This document shows positions 1-9,363 of a DNA stretch of 20,000 bases, piece by piece (within the stretch, counting starts at the first letter, position 1; each line of letters opens with the position of its first letter). The notes beneath the pieces were generated by a model. That model did no database searches, was not told the origin of the DNA, and saw nothing but the letters and a program-made list of their open reading frames with translations. The stretch covers positions 239,782 through 259,781 of the forward strand of contig JAPEUI010000010.1 of the NCBI GenBank assembly GCA_026025075.1. The letters are read 5' to 3'. A program made the translations under genes and the position numbers. The DNA comes from Vezdaea acicularis. Its lineage: Eukaryota.

Positions 1-36
1 ACGGCAGATGACTCGGCGCCTAGCGATGATGAGTAA
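1..36 (+). CDS. Possible 3' end of a gene entering from the left (…TADDSAPSDDE*)
   Basis: Frame 1 reads acg gca gat gac tcg gcg cct agc gat gat gag TAA, an acidic tail. An AT-rich, 3'UTR-like tract follows at about 205-270. Too short to identify. Confidence 0.3.
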   Translation, partial: TADDSAPSDDE

Positions 37-1111
37 AGAGCAGTGTGGTGGCCGGAAGAACCGCGGCAAGCGCGCATGTGCCGACACATCGATCGATAGT
101 TCGGTAAGTCGCTTCGGTCCGCCTTTTCCCAACGTCGCTCAGAGAGCGCGTTATCGCAGCTTTTTGGCACGAGGATTCAGGTGCCTGTCGACTTGGAGAT
201 GGTTCGACCTTTTTTATTCTATTCATATCTATATATTTTTTATTGTTTCGAACGTTTCCTCATGAAATACATCGGACAAGGGGGTGCAAACCACATCAAT
301 TCATAGATGGGGGGAACATACGGCGATATGACAAGCGCGGTCGGGACTCGTGGGGGAGGAAGCGGGCGCGGGTATATATCCACACCAACCAGAACGCCTG
401 AGGGAAGAGAAGGAACGGCGCGCACGCATTTCCGGGAACTTTTCTCTGCAATATTATCATTCCAGGTCTACATGTCCGTCTGTCAGCCTGCCTATCCATC
501 CGTTCATCTTCTCCACCCTCCCATCGCATTCCATCCAACCAAAAACCTACATCCTCCAGAATCAACCAACTTTTCCTATCCATCTCCCCATCTCATCATC
601 CCCGCACCAATCCATCCGTTATGCATACATCCCACAACCCATTAACCTGCCCCATAAACCGGACTCAAACCGGACCATCTCCCGCGCGTAAGAAATTCAC
701 AACCACCCCTCCCCACCCGTTCATCCGTCTATCAACCCTTCCTCTCTGGACCATCGGACCATGCTGCAACTGTGAACAGTGAAAGCTCGTGTTCGCGTGG
801 TTGCGGATGGAGAAGGTGTGGAGTGTTTCCCTGACTAGAGCACAAAGGTATCTTGGGATCGAGCTGCATGTGGGGAACATGTTTGTGGGGGGGTTGCGCA
901 AGGGTGCGGGGTATGGATAAGGACTGGGAAGGGGGGGGGAGGGGGGATATATACAAGTCCGCCTGTGTTTCGGTTATTGTGGTATTTACAGATGAGCACC
1001 TCCTCTCCCTGACACCACAAAGCCGGTGTAAGTTTATACAAAGAATCCAACCCCCCCCCCTTCCTCCCCTTTCCAAAAACCACATTACGAGACCGCCGCC
1101 GCATCCCATGA

Positions 1112-4100
1112 TCACGAAACAACCATCGCATCCACCGTGGCACTCAGCCCCAACCCCCTCGAACTTCCCCCAACCCAAACCCTCGCCCCCATTACCTCTT
1201 TCCAATCCTGCAACCCTACATCCCAGCGACTCAAATCCCTCCTCGTAAGGCCCGTCTCCCACACAGTAGACTCGCCCGGCAAAATACTCAACCGCTCGAA
1301 AGCGCGGAGTTGCAGAGCCGGATCGTCGGGCCCGCCGAGACTGATGTAGAGTTGTGCGACTTCCTCGCCTGGGAGAGAGCCGGTATTGCGGATGAGTGCG
1401 CGGACGGTGTAGAGTGTGTCGTAGAGGAGGGCGTTGCCGCCGGGAGTACCGCCTGCGGAGGGGATGGGTTGCGGGGTGGAGTCGTGTGCGTGGGGGGGGA
1501 TGGAGGAAGAGGAGTCGAGTCCGCTTGGGAGGGAGGTGTTGTTGAGGTAGGGATAGATGTATGCTGGCACTTTTGTGAAGTTCGCGGGGAACTGGTACAA
1601 GCTCAGGTTTGCGCTGGCGTTTCCGTAAGTGGGTGCGGCGGTCGTCATACCGGGTGGTGAGGGGGGAGGGTAGGACGCGTTAGTCAGACGCGGGGAGATG
1701 GTCAGGTTGGAGTAGGCGAAGGTGGTGTAGGAGAGGCCGAAGCCGAACTCGTAGGCGGGCGTCTTGTTCGCGCGGTCGAAGGCGCGGTAGTCGATGAAGA
1801 CGCCCTCTTCGAAGTTTGCCTGCGGGGGACCATTGCCGTTGTTGGGGAGGTAGAGGAGGTCGGAGCCGTAATCTTGGCGGCTGGTGCCGATCGTGAAGGG
1901 GAGTTTGCCGGCGGGGTTCTGGCGCCCGTAGAGCACGTCGGCGATGCTGTTTCCGGCTTGCTCGCCGGGTAGGCCGGCCCAGATGATGGCGGTGACGTTG
2001 GGGTTGTCCTTGAAGCTGTTGACGAGGACGGGGCCGACGGAGGAGATGATGACGATGGTGTTGTTGCACACGCTCGAGATGTTCTGGATCAAGACTTCGC
2101 CGCCATGCCACAGAGTCAGGTTCTGTCGGTCTCCTTCGTTGCCGTCCACACTGATATAGCCCTCGCCGCTATCTGCGCTGACAAAGACCAAAGCTACGCT
2201 GGCGCGGCTGGCGAGGGTGGCGATTTGCGAGCTGGCGTAGTTGTTCGTCACGCTCTCCACAGTGCCGCCTTGGGAGAGTACCTCGTTCTGGATTGCGGTC
2301 AAAGGAGTTACAAGGTAGGGGTAGTTGGCCGTTCCGCTTCCCCAGCCTTGACCTAGGGTGCCATTATCGCAGCCACGGTCGGGACAGCCGTTTGGACCAT
2401 AGACATTGTCGCCCGCACCTTGACCAAAAACAGCGGTCAATTTCTCCTTGCCAAGGGGGAGCGCTGAGTTGTTATTCTTCAGGAGAACGGCGGCCTTGGC
2501 GCCAATCTCACGGATCAAGGAAGCGTGTTCCTGGCGCACATCAACGTGTTGGTTGATCAGCCCATAGCCGTACTTGGGCCCGCCGACGGGGTGGAGCGAC
2601 CCGAAGGTATCGAGGGTCCAAGAGTCAAAGTTGATGGGAACTTGCGTCTTGTCGCGGCCGACTTTGTACCAGGCGGCCATGATCCGCGTCGCCATATCGT
2701 CGAGGCGCCACTCTGGGACGGACCCATTCAGCACAGCGATGGTGAGGTTGGCGCCCCAGTATGACATCCCGGAGAAAAAACTCGAGTCGCCCGGCATGGT
2801 CATATCGAGGCCGGCAAGAGCACTGGAAACGCCAGAATGCTGCGCGGCCCAGTCGGACATGACGAACCCTTGAAAGTCAAGTTCATCTTTGAGGAGCTTA
2901 TTCAGGGTGTATGAGTTTTGGCAGCCATAAGAGTTGTTGATTTGGTTATAGGAACACATTATCGAGCCAGTGCCAGCACGGACAGCGTCTGCGAAGGGCC
3001 TGGATTGACATTAGTCCTGTTTGCTTTGTAAAATACTGATCCACAAGCCTTCGCGCAATTGCGTAGAGCAGCCTCTGATTTATACGGGTGATGAGAGCTC
3101 GCCCACACAGCGAAAGCCTTTTCATGCAATGAGGGGGGCGCTCATCCGGTAGGAAGTTTCACGTAGTGTTCAAGGCTCCGTGTACAGGACTGCAAGAGCC
3201 GAGAAAAAGACTCACCAAAGATAAAGCTCATGCATAGTGCGATCATCAATATTGGACGATAAACTATCCGTGATGTTATACCCAAACCCCTCCGCCTCGG
3301 GCGCCTGGCGGAAGTGTTCCTGCTCGTTACCGATATAATGCTTCGAGCAGGCAATGACGCCCGCGTCTTGAATACCGCGCACGGTCTCTGCCATGGCAAT
3401 GCCAGTCAAGACTGGATCAGGGCTAAAGCCCTCCCAGTTGCGGCCGCCGGCGGGAGATCTGCTGCGGTCAGCGCTGTTTGGTTCTTCCCCCCAACTTCGG
3501 TGTTACGCACCTTCCAAGAGGTCCAGACACAGGGCCCAGCTGAATATCAACGCCTTTGTCGCGGTGCTCGGAACCCATTGCGTTTCCGCGGCGATACATC
3601 AGGTCTCTCGACCACGTAGCAGCAACGGTCATGCCCGCCGGGAAAACCGAATTATAGTCCGCTGCAGCAACACCCCCAGATCAGCCCCTCCCACTTTCAC
3701 TCAATCGACATTAAAGAAGCAAACTCACTATCTCGCACCCCCAAGGGCGAATCCTGCAGACATAGACTCCGAAAGTTCATCCGCGGTATCGCGCCGGTCT
3801 GCCCAACGCATCTCTCGCCTTCCCACCCGACGCCCGTCGTCAGGTTGACCTTTTCCAGCAGCGTCAGCTGGCTGACGAAGGCCCTCGCTTTCGCATAGGC
3901 GTCCGCCCAGTCGCCCGCGCCGGAGCCCCATGGTGAAGGGTAGAAGGGTGGAGAGGTCTGGTTCGAGTGCGCGCCTGCTTGGGCGTAGGCGGCGACGGCT
4001 TCGGGATAGGTCGTGTTGGGGAACTGGGGAAGAGTTCAGCTGACATGTTCGTTCTACCAGTCGTACAGAACGTAAAGCATGGAATTGGCGGCGGAAACTT

Positions 4101-4225
4101 ACGGGTGCACTAGAGTTTGAAACGCCGGTACTGTTCACCTCCTGGCCTTTGCTGAAGCCGGCAAAAAGGAGCAGCAGCGGAAGAAAAGCGGTACGCGACG
4201 GGAGGACCTGCGGCGAGCCGAGCAT
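1112..4225 (-). CDS. bglA: Secreted glycoside hydrolase family 3 beta-glucosidase (BglA/Bgl1 type), 899 aa; exons 4225-4103, 4023-3729, 3661-3511, 3458-3216, 2999-1112
   Basis: The spliced translation gives a signal peptide (…[16 protein letters not shown]). GH3 hallmarks follow: [65 protein letters not shown], nucleophile motif FVMSDW, acid/base motif SADSGEGY, and a C-terminal FnIII-like domain (GEEVAQLY…WVGGSSR). Four GT-AG introns (4102-4024, 3728-3662, 3510-3459, 3215-3000) restore the frame, for a total of 2700 nt. The symbol denotes family resemblance, not proven orthology. Confidence 0.96.
3000..3215 (-). other. Unusually long (216 nt) intron 4 of the GH3 gene, with nested inverted repeats
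   Basis: GTGAGT donor, ACTAAT branch point and CAG acceptor join TG|G (Trp of LWP). Inverted repeats lie at 3191-3184/3020-3013 (8 bp perfect) and 3182-3172/3051-3042. Confidence 0.85.
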
Positions 4226-4407
4226 CGTCTCGAGACAAAATGATGCAATACTAAACCTTATGCGTAAGATATCTAGCATAGCAAAAAAGCAATCGCATAA
4301 CATCTAGACAATAAAGCGGGGAAGAAACACAGCGATATACGAAAGCAGGAATGCTCTGCCCCCAACTCAGCAGCGTCATCCATGCTCCACTTGTCCCAAG
4401 TGAGAAG

Positions 4408-4413
4408 GGCTAA
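4408..4413 (+). promoter_or_regulatory. XlnR-type GGCTAA site about 185 bp upstream of the GH3 start codon
   Basis: Matches the GGCTAR consensus of XlnR/Xyr1. A CreA-type SYGGRG (GCGGGG) lies at 4316-4321. Such hexamers also occur by chance. Confidence 0.3.
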
Positions 4414-5033
4414 GGTACATGTACCTCGGGTTCAGCACCTCTTTCGTGCATTCCTGTCGCCATGCCGACGAACACCGGGCGGCGCTTCGAGAAGCGGGAC
4501 CCCGCCACTCCCGCCTTCCCCACACCGAGCTAAGATCTCACGCACTTGAAGCGCAGGGAGAACGCACCCCGGATCTGATTTCGAATATGCGCGTTCCATG
4601 CAAGTTTCAATGGTCTACGATACCTCTTGTCAGTTCTTTGTGATATACAAGAGAAGCTCCATCCACGCCTTCCTCAGCTACTGCTCGACATGCCCATCAC
4701 CACGCCGTTTTGAGTGCGCGACACATCAGTACGCAACTGCCGCCACCGGCCTATCTTGATCTCCACTCACTAAAGCCCTAGCCAAGCCTTCCCTAGGCTC
4801 TGCAGAAATGCGGGGTAACTCTTTTGTTCCTGTAGGTTAGCTCCCGCATCATGTGCCGGAAGCTCTAGCTTCGAGCTGGGATGCAGTCATGACGACGATA
4901 TGAGCATTTCGGTTCCGGCGCTTGGCGAGAGACCCTTCTTCGAGCTCGTTCGGGGTTGGAGATGGGGCTGAGACTGGGTTCTTAACCCTGGATTCAATGC
5001 TGGGCTTTACGTTGGGGCTCGGGCAACACTCGA

Positions 5034-5045
5034 CCCTAACCCTAA
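5034..5045 (+). repeat. Interstitial telomeric repeat (CCCTAA)2
   Basis: ccctaaccctaa is read directly. A related taaccct lies at 4983-4989. Confidence 0.6.
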
Positions 5046-5251
5046 TCCTGGTATCAATAGCTCGCGCACACGTGTGCACTCACTTGCTAGGACCGGCACC
5101 GTTAGTCCTTGCGGGATGGGTTTGAAAGCTTCGTCGTTTTAGATAACGAAAACTGATATGATATGGCACAAAACCCTTCGTTGTATCTCGTTCTATACCC
5201 CGACTCGAACTTCACCCCCCCCCCCCCAACCCCCCAACCCCTTTACCCCTT

Positions 5252-6309
5252 CTACAGAGCCTCCAAATCCCTCCTCCTCCTCCGCCTACCCCCTCCCCGC
5301 GCCAAACTCATACCCAGATCCAACCCCAACCCAACCTCGCACCTCCGCAACGCGCTCCGATCAGCCACCACCCACCCCATCCCACCCACCCCACACCCCG
5401 CCGCCCGGCCAACAAACCCGCCTGCACCCCCCCTCTTAGGTTTCCTCCCACTCGGTCCGGCCTTAAACCCACTCCTCCTCCTCTCGCGATCCCTCTCCTC
5501 CTGCTCCCTCTGCTCCCTCTCCTCCGTATCCAGTACATCCTTCGTGAATGCGGTCCAGCTATCGACGCTATTCCCCAGATACTTCAAATAGTGCGTATAC
5601 TCCTCAACCGACGTTTCGGGGCCGAGCCGCAGGCAGCGGCAGTTGGTCCGGCAGTAGCCCTCTCGCCCGCTGATGGCCCGGTAGAGGACTGCGTCCATGA
5701 TCTTGCGCGGGCGGCAGTCCATCTCCCCTGTTGGCAGGCATTGGCAGCCGAAGGAGGGGCTGGAGGGGAGAGAGGGTGGGTTAGCTGGGGTGAGATTCAT
5801 GGGGTTGATCGGTTTGTGGAGGGCTGGGCCTCCGATGCTAGAGACTGGATATAACCTCCAGTCCGACGAGTATAAGGGGGGTAAAAGATCCGGGTGAGAT
5901 AAGGCATGGAAGGAAATAGGGAGAGGAAGAGAGACGAGAGACGAGAGACGTACTGGTCCTCTGTAGCCTCGCACACATGCTCTGGGTGTGGGGTAAACGT
6001 ATTGAAGAGGAACTTGACGACCTCGCCGTCGCTGTCGGTGAGGGGCACATGCTTCCCATCAAAGCTCGGCCCTGGGCAGATGAAGTTCCACTTCGAAAGG
6101 ACCTCGGACTCGCTCCCGCGATCGCGGGTGGTGGATGATGAAGCCGAGTCGCCGGAGGAGTCGCTGGACGAGGCAGCGACGGCCTGGCTGGGGGAGGTGG
6201 CCAGAGCTACGTGGGAGAAATCAAAGCAGGAGAGGATGAAGAGCAAGATGAATGCGAGCAGGGAGCTGGGTCGAGGAGTGATGTGGAGAAAGATAAGGGA
6301 GAGCGCCAT
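5252..6309 (-). CDS. Hypothetical secreted Cys-motif protein, 287 aa; exons 6309-5954, 5759-5252
   Basis: Hydrophobic signal peptide/anchor (SLLAFILLFILSCFDFSHVALA) and a Ser-rich spacer precede an 8-Cys region (FICPG…VCE…GCQC…DC…YCRTNCRC). Intron 5953-5760 (GTACGT…GCTAAC…CAG) joins CA|C in frame. The low-complexity C-terminal tail is uncertain. Confidence 0.75.
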
Positions 6310-6984
6310 GGCTGGGACGATGCAGTGTAGATCATGAGAGCCTGCTTGCGTGCTAAGAGGTGGGGAGCCATGGTCCTGCATTCGGGGGGGGAGACGTTGT
6401 TTTTTTATTGCCACGAGCAGGCTGGGGTACCATTGGGCAGCGGGTGGCCTGTTCGTCGGCAGTGGCGCGGAGAAATAACGCGACGAAGCTGCAATTGCCT
6501 CATTGTTAGTATCGAAGCTGACGAGCGATGATGTGATGTAAGATCAATATGTCAGCCCCGAAGATTAGGTTTTTTTGGCAGGTCAGGCAGATTAAGAGTG
6601 GAGAGGAAAGTGTTCTGTTTTCAGAACGCAAGAATCTTTTGATTGCTGAATCGGGTGTACGTCGCATCAAAACCCACACCGAAAAGTGCAAAGAGAATAC
6701 GCAAGGCACTCAGCAGCTCCTCGGCAGCATTACAATCGCGCTCGCGGTCGCCGAAGAGGAGTCGGAAATAAGAATAATGTTGGACAAGTCCTGTGCTTTA
6801 CGCAGTTGGAGAGTGGATGATAGAGCAATCGTAGACTCCGGAACCCAGCCAGGTGATGCAAGCTCTTGAGCCGTGATACCGAGAGGAAGAAAGGGTGGGA
6901 AGAGAAAAAAAAAAAAGCAAGAGATATAATCAACTCCCCGGACCGATGCATTCATTTTTCACGTCCCTTTTTCGTTGCTCGTGT

Positions 6985-9155
6985 TCACGTTGCGAGAAAG
7001 TCCCATCCGAACTTCTGGATCACCGTCTCCCAATCCCATGACGATTCGTCACCCTTGTTCATCAGATCCCATACTGCTTCCACCACCTTTCTCGCCGGCT
7101 CAATGTTGCGAAAGTTCGAGTATCGCTTCAACGTACCAAGACATTTCTTGATCTCGGGCCGTTGCTCTTCCTTGAACGCAGAACAGCCGAGCAGGAACAG
7201 CGGCATCAACAAGATGCTCTGTGTCGATGCATCAGGCGACAGTTGTCTCAGATACTCTAGTCCTTCGTCGACAGCATCGATGATCTTTTTCGTTGGTGTT
7301 GATTTATGAACGGTCCGGTAGAGATAGATCCAGGTGCATTGTCGATATAGTTGAGCGGCTATGTAGCCTTCCGTACCAGGCTGCTGCACTGGTTGCCAAT
7401 CCCTTATATAGGCATCTAACACCATCGCGTCGCTCATCGTTTGCTCGTCCACGACCGGTTGAATGTTATTCTGGTATCGATATCTGATCTTGTCTCGTAG
7501 TCGGGTGATCTTTGAGATGTACGAAAATAGTCCGTCGAAGACACCCAACAGCGTGCCCGCGCCTGGCTGCACGATGAAAGCAGGCAAGGTGAAGTCCGAG
7601 GTCATATCCAGATCTTTGCGGCTCAGCGAGGTGATGGCGGATAGCATCCAGTGGAAGGCGAAAAACTCGTATATGAAGTTTGCAAAGTCGGCGTTTCCGA
7701 TCTCACTCTTACTATCAATCATAGCCTTGCACGCATCTAGATGCGGACGATATTCCCCTTCCTTCTCCCCGTTGCATATCGACTGAAGGACCAAGACGAT
7801 CGTTGTCGCCACAATCGGATCCTCGATAGGCTCATCACTGGCCCCATCCCGATGCCTCGCCAAGCTCGCATCATCCTTCAAGAGCTTGATGGCCCTATCC
7901 AGATGAAACATCCTCCGTTCTTCGATCGGCCCAGTGTTGTCGGAGCAATGTGCGGATGACAGGCATAAGATGGAGTGCATCAGCCCGGTGTGTCGAGTGG
8001 CCATGGGCAGTAGAAGGTTTTTGAATGGGTTGGAGTCGCCATAGCTGACCGACATGACTTCACTGACGCGTTCGATGAAGTGATCAAGAAGCTGCCGGTC
8101 CAGTTCCGTCTCCACGCCGTCGTAGAGAACGGACAGCTCGCGGGGCTGAGTTAACTGCCGAGCCATTCGCGCTACGAAAAGAAACCAGTCAGTCCCCGCG
8201 GAAAATATGTCGTGGTGATCAATTGCAAGGCTACCTTCTTCTGCTTTCTGCCGCCCACTCTTCCAGACCTTTCTTTCCATGTAGCCTTCGCATTGGACAG
8301 CGTTTTTCTGACAGTTCAAGCCTAGGCATCGTCAGTGATCGGAACTACCGTACCCCATACAACCTCATGTCACACTCGACGCGAAGGGCGCTCACAGGCA
8401 GGCTTCGTCTCGTCGCACTTCTTCTTCCGTCTACGACACGTTTGACATCCCGTTTTCGATCGACCTTTCGTGACCTTGGACTGTGCGTCGGGTGATGGAA
8501 GTGGATGTTTGCGTGGTCGGCCTCGTGGCCTTTTGGGGTTGACGGGACCGGACGCTTCAATCGACTCGGGTATGGTGGCAGGCGAGTCCTTCGCATCATC
8601 ATCATAATCCAGCTGGTCGGTCTCGTCCTCCTCTTTCACCCGATGATCCATCATCCGACTGCCATCTTGGGCTCCAGGCCCGGTCGGCGTAGACATTGGC
8701 GATGATCGTTCGGTCGATGGTGTGTGAATTGATGTCCTCAATCCGACTGACGATGGCCCAATCGAAAATGGGGACGATGCTTGAATCGAGTAAATCAGGT
8801 CCGGGGGCCTTAGTAGGAGTTCGAGGGCAGAGTTGATCAGTGTGGTGGGTGATTGGTGAGGCCAGTAATTCGGTCGCCGAGGTGGATCAATTTCCTCCGC
8901 ATCCGAATCGTCCTGATCGATATCGTTCAGGTCCTGGTGACGAGCGTGTTCGTCGTCACCTTCGGATGGTGAGGAGAGGATGGATTCACCCGAGTACCTT
9001 TCGGTGGTTCCTGATAATGGAGGCACCGGCGAGACGAGCAGCGGTTGGGTCCGATTTCCGACGGTCGGGTGGACGTCGTTTGCGGCGTAGGGCCGGTGGC
9101 CTGGAGGATCGAGAAAAGCAACGGGTGGATTGAGGGGCAATCCGTGGCTCGTCAT
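6985..9155 (-). CDS. acr-2: AT-hook + Zn(II)2Cys6 transcription factor with a fungal-specific TF C-terminal domain, Acr-2-like; exons 9155-8396, 8321-8235, 8171-6985 (677 aa); alternative start at 8696
   Basis: AT-hook KRPRGRPRK precedes the binuclear cluster GCQTCRRRKKKCDETKPAC|LNCQKNAVQCEGY, which is split by intron 8395-8322 (GTGAGC…CTGAC…TAG). The Fungal_trans_2-like C-terminal domain (NPFKNLLLPMA, LLGVFDGLF, PLFLLGC) ends WDWETVIQKFGWDFLAT. The architecture matches my recollection of Neurospora Acr-2 homologues. The start codon choice is uncertain. Confidence 0.9.
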
Positions 9156-9363
9156 CCGATGGCAAGTACGGGTGAAGACTTGAAGAAGGAGGAAGGGCAG
9201 GAGTCGAGGGAACGAGGATGGCCTCGGCGCGGTAGCTGGACGACCACTGGCGGTGCTTCCGACACAGAATTTGGCGCGCTGCAGGCCAGGGGCGAGAGAG
9301 CAGCGACTGGTTTGAGCTTGAAAGTCGACTGATGATGGTACGCTCGTCAAGCGGCCTATTCAT
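8986..9363 (-). promoter_or_regulatory. Out-of-frame upstream ORF (125 aa) overlapping the first in-frame ATG of the transcription factor
   Basis: ATG at 9363-9361, open to a stop at 8986, in a different frame from the TF ORF and spanning ATG 9155. Confidence 0.35.

Noticed and set aside
296..1262. ORFs in the region 3' of the GH3 gene
   Set aside because: Low-complexity C-rich and G-rich tracts with no domain. Consistent with 3'UTR and intergenic sequence.
1137..2873. Multiple plus-strand and alternative-frame ORFs inside the GH3 gene
   Set aside because: Shadow ORFs caused by the high GC3 codon bias of the real CDS.
3088..3115. Hammerhead-like TGATGAG…CGAAA, or a C-box (GTGATGA) of a C/D snoRNA
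   Set aside because: The core is GUGAUGA rather than CUGAUGA, stems I-III cannot be built, no downstream D box exists within the intron, and it is antisense to the host gene.
3075..3116. TPP-riboswitch-like fragments (CTGATTTATACGG…CAGCGAAAG) in GH3 intron 4
   Set aside because: They are on the antisense strand, lack the CUGAGA and CUUGAUCUGGAUAAUACC core, and the host is not a thiamine gene.
5034..5045. Telomerase RNA template candidate (CTAACCCTAA)
   Set aside because: No recognisable pseudoknot or CR4/5 nearby, and a TER of about 2 kb on + would overlap gene 2 in antisense. Retained only as an interstitial repeat.
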